From Cycas panzhihuaensis (lineage: Eukaryota > Plantae > Cycadophyta), in the NCBI GenBank assembly GCA_023213395.1, contig CM041465.1, positions 248,813,741-248,877,740 on the forward strand: DNA of 64,000 bases. The letters are read 5' to 3'. Below, one piece after another: positions 14,290 through 28,119 of this stretch. Below the pieces are notes generated by a model that worked only from the letters and a program-made list of their open reading frames with translations, was not told where the DNA came from and ran no database searches. Made by a program: the position numbers and the translations under genes. Position 1 is the stretch's first letter, and each line of letters starts with the position of its first letter.

Positions 14290-15210
14290 TGTGTAGGGGC
14301 GAAAAGAAATACATAATTTTGCAAAGATTTTTATGATTAGATCGCAGTAAATAGTTGGGTCAGTGAGTAGATTATAATTTGAGCAGATTATAAGCAAATT
14401 ATAGTTTGTGAGCAGATTATAATTTGGATAGATTATGAGCATATTGCAGTTCGCAAGAATATTACAATCTAGATAGATTACAAGCAAATTACAATTTAGT
14501 TGGATTGTGAGCAAATCATAGTTTTGCTAACATTGCAAGCATATTATAATTCGGGCAACATTGTAAATAGATCGAGATTGAGACTAAGATTACAAGCAAA
14601 TTGTGGTTCAAGACGAGATCACAAGTGGATCCCAGTTAAGGATGAGATCACGAGCAGATCGTGGTTCAAGATATGACCACGAGTAAATCATAGTTTAGGA
14701 CAGATCATGAGAAGATCGGAGTTCAGGCCGAGATTATGAGTAGATCGTGGATTAGGACAAGGTCACAAGCAGATGGTAGCCTGAGTCAAGATCAAAAATA
14801 GATCGTGATTTAAGCCAGGATTGCAAATGGATCATAGTCCACCAAAGAGTATTGTTACAAACAAATTATATTTTTGAACATACGATGAATTAACTATTGT
14901 ACCTGTTATAACTTATTATGGTTGATATTATTGGAAATTATACTATTTAAGGAAAGAATAGGATGTATTATATAGTAGTTCATACAAGAGTATATAGATA
15001 GCTAAGGATATCTCTTAGTTTATAATTTTCATCTCAATGTAAGTCAGTTTAGCCGTTGATTTTCAATGTACTATTAAGTTTGCATCTAGTTGTCAAAGGA
15101 TTAGCAGTTTCCTATTGTAATAATATCATGTTTTGCATAATATCAGTTATCCCTTATGCTTGCATAATTAATTAGGAGTAATGATGTAATAGATGAGTGC
15201 ACGGAGTACA
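14290..15210 (+). repeat. 5' LTR of element D
   Basis: tgtgtagggg...gagtaca; homologous to 22741-23769. Confidence 0.92.
14340..14840 (+). repeat. Minisatellite (27/18-bp and 29-bp units) in 5' LTR of D
   Basis: Units such as gagcagattataatttggatagattat and gagcagatcgtggttcaagatatgaccac. Confidence 0.9.
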
Positions 15211-15211
15211 T

Positions 15212-15224
15212 TGGTTCTGTTGCC
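15212..15224 (+). promoter_or_regulatory. PBS of D, probably tRNA-Asp type
   Basis: tggttctgttgcc, one base after the LTR-terminal CA. Confidence 0.7.
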
Positions 15225-15291
15225 TAATAAAATATGGAAGACTTAACTATAATAGGATGGATAGAGTCGAGTAGATAACAAGACCTCTTCC

Positions 15292-18200
15292 ATGCCACCT
15301 AGGGTAGAAAAGGAATTAAAAAAAGAATGCAGAGAATGCTAGAAGAATGATAGACTCCAGGCTGGAGTAAAAAAGTCGAGATTTGTAATTACGCTAAGGA
15401 AGCAAGTGAAGAGACAACCACTTGCTAACTTGATTTTAGGAAGGAAGTCAAGTAAGGAGGAGGAAATGTGAACATAGGCAGAAATATCAGAGGAGTCTAT
15501 CAAAGAAAAGATAATCGAAGTAGAAAATAGCCAAGGGTATACATTAGAAGAGGATCCCCCTAAAGTAGAAGTTAATATGATAGAAATCCATAAAGAAATT
15601 ATAGAAAATTTATTAATACAGGGGAGAAGAAATAGTTCGATCAGATTAGAACTGTATAGCACAATAAACAAAGAGGGGAACCATCATTTGATAGAAGTCA
15701 AAACTCCCCTAAGCCATATTTTGAATCCATTATTCAAAGTTACAATGGCAAACTCTAGAGGAAGTGCAGGCAGGGGAAGTACACTACCAGGAGGAAACTT
15801 GGGTGGTGGATCATCATTGAATCATTTGTTGTTTATGAATGTAAGAGGAAGTGGCAATCTACCATTGTAAAGAACAAGCCAAGGAAGTAGAGCAAGATCA
15901 ATGGGACCTTACATAATTGTACAAAATGATTTTGCATTCTTGAGTGTATAATTTGATGGATCGAAGGAACTTAGAGACCATTTAGCATTATTTCAAAATA
16001 AAATAAAAATAAAGAAAGTTACAAATCTAGAGGAGATAAAAGCTCGTTCTTTTCCACCTTGCGGGGAGCAGCAATTGCATGGTTCTAGCATGTTGCAGCA
16101 TAGAATCTATCATAGGATAGATTACAAGATTATTTTTTGGATCAATTCCAAAATTGAAGGATCCTATGGCCATTTTCCAAGCCCTAGAAGAAATAAAATA
16201 GTATCCCATAGAATCTGTAAGTGATTTTGATGGATGAATGCCAATAATAATGAGTAAAATATAGCCAATAATAGTAAGTAGCCTAATGCTAGTAATGAGA
16301 TATTTTATGCAAGGATTAATTCCATAATTGAGAGACAAAATTTTATTGTATTTGATGAATAACTACGAAAAAGCATGTGAGTTGGCTTTGAAGTCTGAAA
16401 ATAAAATGAAGACTATGTACTCTTAATGGGCCAACTAGTAGACAGGGCAAACGGGTCTAATTCTTTCTCATCTAATATGGGGAGCGAATTATCAAATAGG
16501 AACAAATCCAAAGGTTAAGGTGCTAAGAAAAGAAGTGGAAGCATTAAAACACCAACCAATAGTGGTAAAATTAGCCAATATGTACCATAACCAAGAAGTG
16601 GAGAATCTACATTTGGAGCTTGCCAACTTGTATTTGGAAAAATCATGATAAAATATATGGTATCCACCACCATACAACCAACAAGGATATCTAAAGAGTG
16701 AACATAATAAAACACTAGCATGGTATGAGTATTATAGGAAAACAAACCATAATACATGGGTGTGTTTTTCTCGTCCTAAGAATGATATCCACAATGTATT
16801 CCTGTAAAAGCTAGAGAAATAGAAAAATAATATAAAGGGAAGACCAAGCCAGTCAGATGTTTTCTATGTCAAAGATAGGGTCATTTCAAATCAGACTGCC
16901 CATTAGAAAAAAAAATGGGAGAATTCATCTGTAAAGAATGCGGACCAGTGGACCACGAGTGGATAAACTATCCAAAGAATAATACACAAAATGCAAATTT
17001 GGCCTTGATCATTCCAAATAAAGAAGTTCCTCTCCAATTGCAAACATAAAGTAGAAAGACAACTTCCATGCTTATCCAGGATACCTTTTTAGATCCAGTA
17101 GTAGAAAAGTAGAGAATCTAAGAAGTTGTCAAAATCTTGCAAGATGAAATGGGCAAAGTACAACAAGAAGAATCTCATTAAGAAGGCCGATTTAAAGGAT
17201 AAATATATAAGAGATAGACAACCCCTATAAAAATTCAGTCAAAGGAAGGTATGAATCCATGGTCAAGACTTCATATGGTTAGGGATTTACTGATTGAATT
17301 AGGAGTCTCAATTCCTACTACAGTAGTATTTAAATGGTAGGAAGCTGGTTATTTTTAACAATTGATTTTAGATTAGATTAAAAAACCTGTCATGATAGAT
17401 GTTAAAGAAAAGGGGGTCAATCCAAGAGTACTAATGATCATTTTTTATACAATATTATGTAAAATAATTTTGGATAGAGGATGATGAGTCAATGTGATCC
17501 TTAAGTCTTCTTGGATAGAATTGGGAAGGCTAGAAATGGTAGCCCTAGACTATTTAATTAGATTGACCAACCAGTTACAGGTAAGACCAATGGGAACATT
17601 AATAAATATTCCAATCATAGTTACAGGAACCACTATTTTATTAGATTTCGTAATGGTGCAAATGTAAAATGAAAAAAGAATGTATCTAACATTCCTAGGG
17701 AGACTGTGGTTACTGGAAACAAAAGCAATTCAAGACTGAGGGGAATTCACATTCGCATGAAAGCTAGAAATAAAGTAGTGACCTTACCATTATGGTCAGA
17801 TGGGCCTCAGATAGAGAAGATAGTTGATGAAGAACGAGCATCATCCACAACTGTAGGATCAGAACCCACTATAAGACCATGCTTGGAAGTGGTTTATTAA
17901 CTTCAAACAAATGTACCAAGTAATGCATCATTAAATATATGATAAATTAGCTACACAATGCTTGGGAAGAGACTGAATCTACTCCACGCTATAAGTTAGA
18001 AGTATGCATGAATTCTTTAGAATCAAATGGCGTAATAGAAAAGGAAGCAACACAGAACACACCAAGCCTAGAGGAAAAGTTCAATAACAAAAGGAAGTTT
18101 TGGGGACAAGTAGATCAGGCTAAAAACCATATAGATTATTGTAATCAATTATTAACAAATAAAAATCAGCATCAAGAATTTTGTTATTTATTTGCATTAT

Positions 18201-20995
18201 CACTTGAGGGTCAAGTTATAGTATGGTTTTCGATTAATAGTAGTATGTTTAGATCATGGAATAAAAATTCTTATTAAGATTTCAAAAATGAGATAGTAAG
18301 TCATCAACATTTTGAGATATTAATAATCCCCTAACAAACACCTATGAAATAGGAATTGAGCCAAGTTGTAACCAAATTGAAATAAAATAAAACGGTGGTG
18401 AATTTCCTAAAGAATATTCTAACATGGAATATGGGAACAAAGTAATTGAGCAATTACAAGCATATATGTTGAATCAAGATGGCAAGGTGATATTGAGTGA
18501 ATAATTAAACATATGACAGATAGATGTAGGCATGAAAGAATATCCCCAAATGATCTCAATAAGAGACTATTGGGATAAGGAGATTGTGTAATAGGCCACA
18601 AGTTTGTTTTTAGAATATAAAGATGTTTTTGCATGGTCTTATCAGTACCTAAAGGGGATACCACTGGAACTGGGAGAACATCGAATTGAGCTAATAGAAG
18701 GAATGAAGCTAGTTCGCCAGCATCCTTATCAGTTGAATCCCTAAGGAAAGAGTGAAAGAAGAATTGGATAAATTATTAGAAGTTGGGTATATTTTTGAAG
18801 TTAAAACTAATGAATGGGCAAGTCCAATAGTAGTAGTATCCAAAAACAATGGGAATCTTCCTATTTATGTAGATTACAGAGCTCTTAATAAAGCAACAAA
18901 AAGAGACCCCTTTCTAATACCTTTCACACAAGATATTCTGGAGAAGATAGCAGGCCATGAAGTTTACTCATTCATAGATGGATTCAGTGGATATAACCAA
19001 GTGAAAATTATGGAGCAAGATCAACTGAAGACAACTTTTATCACTGAATGGGGGACATATATGTATAAGATGATGCTCTTTAGATTAACAAATACACCAG
19101 CCACCTTTTAGAGAATCATTCTGAACATTTTTAGTAGGTAATTGGTAAGTCCATTAAAGTTTTTTTAGATGATTGGATGCTGTATTCATTATTAAAAAAT
19201 CACTTGGTAAATTTGAAAACAATGTTAGAGATGTGTTGGAAGAGCAAGCTTTGTTTAAACCTGGTAAAATGTACATTTTTTATTTCATTTAGATCCCATT
19301 TAGGGCATATTGTAAGCAAAGATGGCTACAGACAGATCCAAGTAAAGTGACAATAATCTTGAATTTTCTAGTACCCAAAACAACAAAACAGGTGAAGGCC
19401 TTTTTAGGTATGATAGGGTACTATAGGAAATTTATCAAAGGATATGTACAGATTATAAATCTTTTAGAAAATTTGCTTAAGAAAATGATAGCCTGGGAAT
19501 GGAATTTATAACAACAATTAGCATTCAAATTACTGAAAAAGAAAATTATAGAAGCTCCTATTTTAAGATTTCCATATTGGGATCAACCATTTCACATTCA
19601 CGTTGATGCTTCCTTAATGGCAATATGATGTGTTTTAATGCAACCTGGTAATAATAATATAGACTTGCCTATTCATTTTGCTAGTAGAAAATTGACCCCT
19701 ACTAAATAGAATTATTGAGTTACAGAGTGGGAGAGTTTGGGCATGGTTTACGCCCTATAGAAGTTTAAGCATTGTTTACTAGCTAACCCATTCATTTTTA
19801 ATGTAGATCATTAAGATTTGAAATACTTAATAAATAAACCTATTTTATAGGGCAGAATCAGCAGGTGGCTAATGTTATTTTAAGAATTTAATTTTTAAAT
19901 TATAGTTTAAAAATGTGACAAACATACAATACTGGATGTTCTCTCAAGGGAAGTGGAAGGGGAACCAGCCATAGGAGTACCAAATAACTTTCTAGATACA
20001 CAATTATTTTCTATAGAGGCCATACTGAAATGGTATGAAGGGATTACAAAGTACTTAGCCACTGGGTAGATATTGAAGGGACTAGAATGAGTGGAATGAC
20101 AAAGTTTTATTCATAAAACTTTTCCTTTCTAACTGGTATGAGGGATGCTATATAAGTTAGGCTTAGATGGTATGTGATGATGATGCAGAATGGAGCATGA
20201 GGTGTAGGGCATTTTGTGAGAAGCACATAAAGGGGGAGCAACCAAGCACCAAAGAGTTGAACCGACAATCAAGAAAATCTTACTAGTAGGCTTTTAGTGG
20301 CCATCAATATTCGAGGATACGACAAATGGATAAAAGGATACGATGTGTGTCAATAGGTGGATAAGTCGAGCAAGAATCATTTTATGCCCCTACATCCAAT
20401 TTTGGCACATACACCTTTTGAAAAATAAGGATTGGACTTCATTAAACTGATAAGTCCCCTAGTGAAATGAACAAATGCAAGATATATATTAGTAGCCATA
20501 AACTTTTTCATAAAATGGATAGAAGCTTAACCACTTATACATTGTGATACAAGAAGTACTATAAAATTTTTATATAAAAATATTATTATTTATTTTAGGT
20601 GCCCCTTAGAGTTGGTATCAAATTAGGGTAATAGATTTTTAAATAGTACTATAAAATATTTAACCAACAAATTTATGATCTAACATTTTTAATCTCCCCC
20701 ATACTACCTTAGAGAAAATGGTCAAGTAGAAAGTACTAACAAAATTTTAAAAATTGCCCTATAAAAATATGGGCAAAATGGTTGTATTATGTCCTTCGGT
20801 CCAATAGGACAATGATTAAGTGACCACATAAGTAGATACCATTTCAGTTGGTGTACGGACTAGAAGTAGTACTTCTATTAGAATTCCAAGTGGAAAGTTT
20901 TCGAGTGGCAATACAGTTGAGGATGAATGAATAGAACTCGTGGAATGTATGAATGATGGAATTGTTTAATTTGGATAAAAAAAATGCATAAGCAT
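15292..20995 (+). pseudogene. gag-pol pseudogene of gypsy D
   Basis: Gag FDGS..RDHL..F...TLRGAAIAWF (~15950-16140); two CCHC-like knuckles (16858-16899, 16930-16974); protease ILDRG (~17465); RT EWASPIVVV..VDYRALNKATKRDPF..DGFSGYNQV (18752-19111); RNase H HVDAS (~19600); integrase ~20200-20950. Confidence 0.92.
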
Positions 20996-20996
20996 T

Positions 20997-22600
20997 GTGG
21001 GAATTATGAACAGAGAAGAGTGTAGGAGAAAGATAATCATTGTAGGTCTCGATCAGTATGTATTGGTTGGACTTCATCCAAATATATATAGTTTTCTATC
21101 AATGGCCATGGCACTAGTAATATTGCAACCATCTATGTTGGAATGTTCAGTGGGCACAATCACAAGAGTAACTAGATTACCAAATGAAGGCCTAGATATC
21201 CCCAAGGATAAGTAGATATCCTAGGAACAAGCCACACAGGAAATTAGAGCTAAAGAACCAGATATTTCTTCTTTAGGAATTTGCATTTTAAGCTTTTTGT
21301 CAAAGGAAATATATTGGATGGCCTATTTTGTATTAACACGAATTATTCTCGACCAAAAAAATTCATTTATACTGACCCATCTCAGAACGATGTTGATTAA
21401 AATTGTTGAAGGCCAGAAATTCAATTGGGCCAAGTTCGTAGCTACCAAGTTTTCATGAAATTGGGAAGCAACGAGAGGTGCCACTCAATCTATCCTATTT
21501 TTTATCCCACCTTATTTCAAGGTTTGTTTTTTTTATAATGCCCAGGAATTTAGCTACTAGTGGTGCAATAAGGTCAACCTCTTCTAACGAAGTGGATAGA
21601 ATTATACTTAAGGGATCACGGAAGAGGCAGATCATAATTAGTAGAGTTACATAAATAAGTTATGGCCTAGCTTCAGGTACAGTGGCAAGCAAGAATTCCC
21701 CAATCGGGCCTAAAGTTTGAAGAAGAAGTAGAAGAAAAGTCGCGGGTAGAAGAGATCCTACAAGACCCAACAAGGAAAGAAAGAGAAAAGAAGAAATTAA
21801 AGGTGGAAATAAGGGAGGGGAAGCAGAAGGTAGAAGAAGAACCTATCATAAAGGAACCATAATAGAAGAAGCCAAGACCAGTGGAGCCCTTAAAGTATGA
21901 AGAAGAAGAAAAATAGAAAAGAAGGAAGTAAGCAGTAGAAAAAATGTGGCAGGAAATTTTAAAGGCATTAAATAATCAACTAGTAGAGGTAAAATTCAAT
22001 TAATCAAAAGACTACCTAGAGGAGGGCTTGGATCCATTACATTATGATCCATAGGATGTTTCCCAATGGAAAACTTCCTTTTTGGTGAGGGTAACAAGGC
22101 AGCTAGTGACAGAGTTAGAGTAGAGGAATCGAAGACCATCACTAGATATACAAAGAATTCAAAATCTAGAGGATAAATTGGTAGCAGTAGAAGCTTAATT
22201 AGAATTTTTAAAAGAATTTATCTTGTTATGGGTCAAGAATACAGATGAGATTCCTTCAAAGGTACAAGAATTTAAAAGCCATTTTTAATAGGAGATCCCT
22301 CCAAGATTACAGGACATAATTCTCAAGTTAGGCATATGGATACTAGAGACAGAGGAGGAAGCACAACATGCAAATAGATTTTGGTCAAGAATTTATCATT
22401 TGCACTAAGACTTGGAAAGAATAAAAAAGATACACAACAAGGTCAAGTAGGAAATCTCAAAGTTACACTAGGGAGAGAAATCAATATTGGTACAATTGGA
22501 TTCACTTCAAGACGTCGCAATCATGGTGGACTATTATCGATCGCAAGGAAACTAAATTACGTTAACCATTGCTCAACCTAACACTAATTACATCCATCAA
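20997..22600 (+). pseudogene. Additional sense ORF 3' of integrase in D (Athila 'env-like'/extra ORF position)
   Basis: Stop-riddled coding-like frame with IVEGQKFNWAKFVATKF (~21400-21455), followed by a Glu/Lys-rich coiled-coil-like stretch. Confidence 0.6.
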
Positions 22601-22740
22601 GTGATGAACTAGTTGCACAGAGAGTTGAGTGATATGTAAGTAATGATTGTTTATTTTTTCATTTTCTTAAAGGGAGGGAAGGAATAAGAAATATTTTTGG
22701 AAATAAGTATGGATATTTGTTAAAATTTTGATGGGGGATA

Positions 22741-23769
22741 TGTGTGGGGGCAAAAAGGAACACATAATTTTATAAAGAATTTTATAATTAGATCACAGCA
22801 AGTAGTCAGGTCAACGAGTAGATTACAATCTGGGCAGATTACAGGCATATTATAGTTTGCGAGTAGATTGTAATTCAAATATATTACAAGTAGATTATAG
22901 TTCATGAGCAGATTACAATTCAAACAGATAGTTATCAGATTACAATTTATGAGCAGATTATAATCCAGACATATTACAAGCAGATTACAGTTCAGTTTGA
23001 TTACGAGCAAATCGTGATTTTGGCCAACATTGTAAGCATATTATGATTCGGGCTGTATTATGAGTAGATCAAGATTGAGACAGAGATTGTGAGTAGATCA
23101 CAATTTGGGATGAGATCACGAGCAAATTACATTTAGGAAGAGATCATGAGCAAATCATGGTTCAAGACAAGATCATAAGCAGATCGCAATTCAGGACAAG
23201 ATGTCAAGTAGATCATGGTTCAAGACGAGATCGTGACTAGATTATGGTTTGGGATGAGATCACGAGTAGATCGTAGTTCGGCCTGAGATCACGAGTAAAT
23301 CATGGTTCAGGATGAGATCATAAGTAGGTCATAGCCTAGGTTAAGATTGCAAGTAGATAGTGATTTAAGCTAGGATTGTAAATGGATTACAATCCACTTA
23401 AGGAGTATTGTTACAAATAAACTATGTCTTTGAACACACAGTGAATTAACCATTGTACCCGTTATAACTTATTATGGTTAAGACCGTTGGAAATTATATT
23501 ATTTAAGGAAAGAATAGGGTGTATTGTATAGTAATGTATGTAGGAGTAGATAAATAGCCAAGGATATCTCTCAGCTTATAATTCTCATCTAGGTATAAGC
23601 TGATTTAGCCATTGATTTTTAATGTACTATTAGGTCTACATCTGGTTATAAGAGGACTAGGCACAGTCCCCTATTATAATAATATCATGTTTTGCATCAT
23701 ACAAGTTGTCCCTTATACTTGCATAATTTATTAAGAGTAATAACGGAATAGATGAGTGCATAGTACGCA
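22741..23769 (+). repeat. 3' LTR of element D
   Basis: tgtgtggggg...gtacgca; about 108 bp longer than the 5' LTR. Confidence 0.92.
22790..23397 (+). repeat. Minisatellite (27/18-bp and 29-bp units) in 3' LTR of D
   Basis: Same unit family as in the 5' LTR, with more copies. Confidence 0.9.
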
Positions 23770-23774
23770 TTAGA

Positions 23775-26256
23775 CTTTAATATCCTAGGCCTATAATGGA
23801 TGATGAAAAGAAGATCTACCAAGGTCAAGTGGAGTTAGAGCTGAAGTAGATAAAGAAGTAATAGAAGTAAATGATAAACATGGTGTGCAAGTTTATGAGG
23901 GAAGGAAATCCTTAACTGTCTACTTGCCTTTATCAAGAGGAGGATGGATGGATGCTGGTTCTAATTCCTTATTATCTTCAACAAAGATTACATCTCTAGA
24001 AATATGCATTTTCTTGGTAATAGTGTCACATACTTTATAAGCTTTGTGGCTAACAGAATAACCATTAAAAATACATTTGAAGCTATTATCATCCAATCTC
24101 TTTCTTTGTTATTAGGGAATATGCATATAGGTAGTGCACCCAAAAGTATGCAGATGGCTTATAGTTGGCTTTTTGCTAGACCGAGCCTCCTCTAATATAA
24201 TATCGGTGATTATAGTAGTAGGGATCCTATTGGCTACATATACTGTTGTGCAGAATATTTTTTCCTAATAGGAAAGAGAAAACCCTTTTGCATGTATTGT
24301 AGCTTTAGCTTTGTTGGCCAAAGTCTTATTCATTCTCTCAAATACTCCATTCTATTAAGGTGTCTATGGAGCAGTTAGTTGTCTTTTGATATCATGATCT
24401 TTATAGAACTAGTTGAAGTCTCCAAAAGTAAATTCACCTCCATTGTTAGATCTCAACATTTTGAGTAAATAATCTAACTCAATTTCTACCTCAAATTTGA
24501 ATTCCTTGAATTTTTCTAATGACTCATATTTATGTTTAATGAAATAAACCCAAACCTTGTGTAAAAAATCATCAATGAAGGTGATGTAGTACAAAACTCC
24601 TTTAAAAGATGATGTGAATATGGGTCCATATAAATTTGTATGAACCAACTATAAAGGTTATGATGCACACCATGCTTTGCCTTTAAGAAGAAGCTCTCTA
24701 TGTTGTTTCCCTATAATGCATACTTTACAAAGATATTTTGATATTGATATCTTAGAAAACCTATACATCATAGTTTTGCTAAACATCATTTTGATGTTAT
24801 CTAGGCTTAAGTGGCATAGCTTGTTATGCCAAAGTTGCTCTATAGTCATAAATTGTGTGATAGAATATAATAGAGAAAAATCAAGTGTAATATTTGAAGC
24901 ATCTAATTTGTAAAGGCCATGGTCTTCATGGTCGATGGTAACCATTTAATCATTTCTATCACTAATGGTACATTTCCCTCTTTTAAATAATATGTCCATG
25001 TATTATTTATCTAACTAATTAACAAATAAAAGACTTTTAAATATAAAAGATAACAAGTAGGTATCACCTATAGAAAATGTAAAAGCAATGCAATCTAAAG
25101 AATGAAAATAGATAATTTTGCCCACTTTAGAAATCTGAACTATCTCATTAGTTTACCTTCTTCCTTTATGAACATCATAGAGCAACTCTTTATCACCAGT
25201 CATGTATCAAAATGCTCCTAAATCAATAATCAATATATTATCACTTTGGGAGTAGTAATAAGCACAAAACAATTTATTATTTTTAGCAAATTGATTAGTG
25301 TGGTGTGGATTACTACCTCTAAAGCCCCCCCTTCTTATATGACATCTTCAAAATCCACCTTGATTTAGTCTATGGGTTGTTGCTACTATTGATTCCATTA
25401 CTATCATAGTTGTTATTGTCTTAGTTGTTAGAATTAATATTATTGTTGCATGATAGATTACTTTTTCCAATACTTAGGTGCAATGTGACTCATCTTGCCA
25501 TAATAATAAAATATGACATTGACTTTTAATGTGCTAATATTCATGTTCCCAAACTATTTTTGAAAATTTTGTTTACAATTTTGCTTGGCTTTGTACTTGG
25601 CCATGAAAACTCTCGAAGTAGAAGGTTCATCCTACTGTGAGTAAATTTTCTCCTCCTATAATAGAAGACCTTCAAATTGGTTGAAAATCATGGTACCAAG
25701 TATAGCATCCCTTATGATTGATGAGATGAAGCCATTTTACTCCCTTAGAAGTGCATAAAGAGTGGCAGTAATAAGGTCTTTATTAGTAGCTGGTTTTTCA
25801 AGTGTTATTAACTCATTATTGATTTCTTTGATAAAAGATAAGAAAGTACTTGTAGGTTCAACATATCTCAATGTAAACAACTTGGACTTAGTCATGACAA
25901 TGCGAGCATCATCCCATCTTTCATACAATAAAATCAAAGTATCCTAAGATTTTTTAGAGGTAGGAGTATAAGCAATATTTTGATCAATATTTGCATCCAC
26001 AATTATATGAATAAAGGCTAAGGCAATTTCATTCTTAGCTACCCATACAACAACCAAAGCAAGGTCAAATTAAATAATAAAATTCTTATCAAGTAGACTA
26101 TTATGTAAAATAGGCATAGGATTGGTCCCAAATATAAAACCCCAAAATTTATTCATAATCAACCACCTATGGTTTGTCTTTTCCACTCTCAAAATGTATC
26201 TTATCCATTCAACTTAATAGTACATATATTGAGCATATTGAGAGTAGTGATGATGT
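23775..26256 (-). pseudogene. gag / protease / integrase remnant of copia C
   Basis: LWHNKLCH...CKVCIIGKQHR (24658-24945); VHTNLYGP..YYITFIDDF..LRSNNGGEF (24409-24648); gag fragment at 25737-25937. Confidence 0.92.
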
Positions 26257-28119
26257 TAAAATTATTTAAGGATTTTTAAAACTAATAGATAACTCAGAGA
26301 CTCAAGGCTTTCATTTCTTAAATTCTTTCTAATCCACCAACAACTTTGATCTTACAAGGAAGATCCAACAACTAAAGAATGATGAGGAGTGGAGGGCTAG
26401 GCAAAGAGTTGGCCTAACCTTGATCTTTCTAAATAGATTTAATAATTGGTCAAGTCAAATCTAGAACAAACAAGGCATGATTAATCTGCATGGTCGTATC
26501 CTATATTTCTTATGAGTCATAGCCCTAATAACACCATTTTCAAACCCCATTTTCTCTAATATGAATATCAATTGTCATGCATTAACTATATAATGAGTTA
26601 GTTTCCTAAGGAATACACAAAGCTTGGGATTTTTAGAGCCAAGGTTTAAACCTTTTTTTGGACCTCTCTAATAAGATTTTAAAGCAAATTTTTAATGGTT
26701 AAAGTAGACTTAAGATAAATTACTTAAGTGAGTGATAATGTTACTTTATAATGCTTGATAAAACTCAATAAAAAGGGGCTTCAAAAGAATCAAATTAAGT
26801 ACATAAAAGAACACTTAAAGTATTGCAAAAGGCACTTAAGAAAAAATAAAAAAATATTAAGTGTCAAATGGAGATATGCTAGCTTTCTTATTGCACTTTG
26901 AGTGGTTTCATTTTAATGTAAAGAAACGACCACAAAATACTAATTTTAATGAAGTATGCCAAGAGAACAAGCCACCATAACAATATTAGGACTTTAAAAT
27001 AATCCTAACTAGCCCCAAATTAAGTGATTTGTACTTTAAAAAAAGTGATTTTTAATCTTTTTATGACTCAGGACATGAAGGTCACCACGTAGAGAGTCTT
27101 ATAAAATTAAGTACAATGCGATTTTTTCATTAAAAAAATACATAAATGACTTAAAAAATCACTTGATTTGAGTTCATTTTTATACTTGCAATTTTTTTTA
27201 TGTGTAAAAATAACTTTAAAAAAATAAAAAGGGCTAAAATTGTCTTTTAAATGATTATCATAAAAATCACTCAAAAAGCATAAAGTTTAGAAAACAAGAA
27301 ATATTTAAAAAAGAATATACTTTATATATCCCTTTTGATATAATCTAAAGTTGACTTGATAAAGTCAAAATATGAATTTTTTTTTTAAATGCACTTGAGT
27401 AATAATCGTACGACTTCAAATTGCTTTAGGTAAAGAGATATTTTCATACAGTGCTTCAATCAAGATAAAAGTTTAGGAGCAACTCTATTATAGGCCAAAG
27501 AAGATGTCTCTCAGATTTCACATGATTTCATGCAATAAGCAAGAGTGCACGATTGTGGGAGGTTCAAATGGTAGTTGGGTATGAAATAGAGGGTTTTAAT
27601 CTTATTTTTCTTCTAAAAATGATCTCCTAGGATAAACATAGGTGTAAGGTGCTTCAGATCTTCAACCAATAGAGAGATGAGAGAAAATTAATTTTTTTTA
27701 AAGAAAATCAATAAAAACAATAAGAAAATTCATCCTTTCTTAGTGTGGAGTCACTTGGGTGCAGTCACTTATAGAGATAGGAAAATTTTAGAGCCAGTAG
27801 AGGTAAATCACATATTGTGCCTATAAATTAACTAATAAATCCTGTAAATATATTTTTTATTTATAGGAAATGAAAGAAAATAATGTATTTTAAGTCATTT
27901 CTTTGCTACAAATACAAATTTATCTCAAAAAAATTCCAAAATATTAATCTAACATCTTCAAACTTGTAAATACTTTAAAATAAAGAGAAATTTGTAAGAA
28001 AAAGCCAAAGTTATGCTTGGATCACCTTTAGAGAGCGAAGGTTATCTCCAAAGGTTTGGAAACCCACTTTCAAACCTAAGAACAACAAGGATTCCTCTTT
28101 AGCAAGCTCTAATACCAAA

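Larger units (their letters stand above)
14290..23769 (+). mobile_element. Element D: Ty3/gypsy non-chromovirus (Athila-like) LTR retrotransposon nested in C
   Basis: LTRs 14290-15210 and 22741-23769. PBS tggttctgttgcc resembles the tRNA-Asp-type TGGCGCCGTTGCC of Athila. PPT gatgggggata precedes 22741. Degenerate TSD TTGAA/TTAGA. Order gag-PR-RT-RH-INT plus an extra 3' ORF. Confidence 0.92.

Noticed and set aside
14242-14514. Leu/Asn/Cys-rich ORF (and its twin at 22720-23010) as a repeat protein
   Set aside because: It is the antisense translation of the LTR minisatellite, and both ORFs cross LTR boundaries.
14340-14840. 29-bp palindromic repeats resembling a CRISPR array
   Set aside because: Units are directly tandem with no unique spacers, lie inside both LTRs of a retrotransposon, and there are no cas genes.
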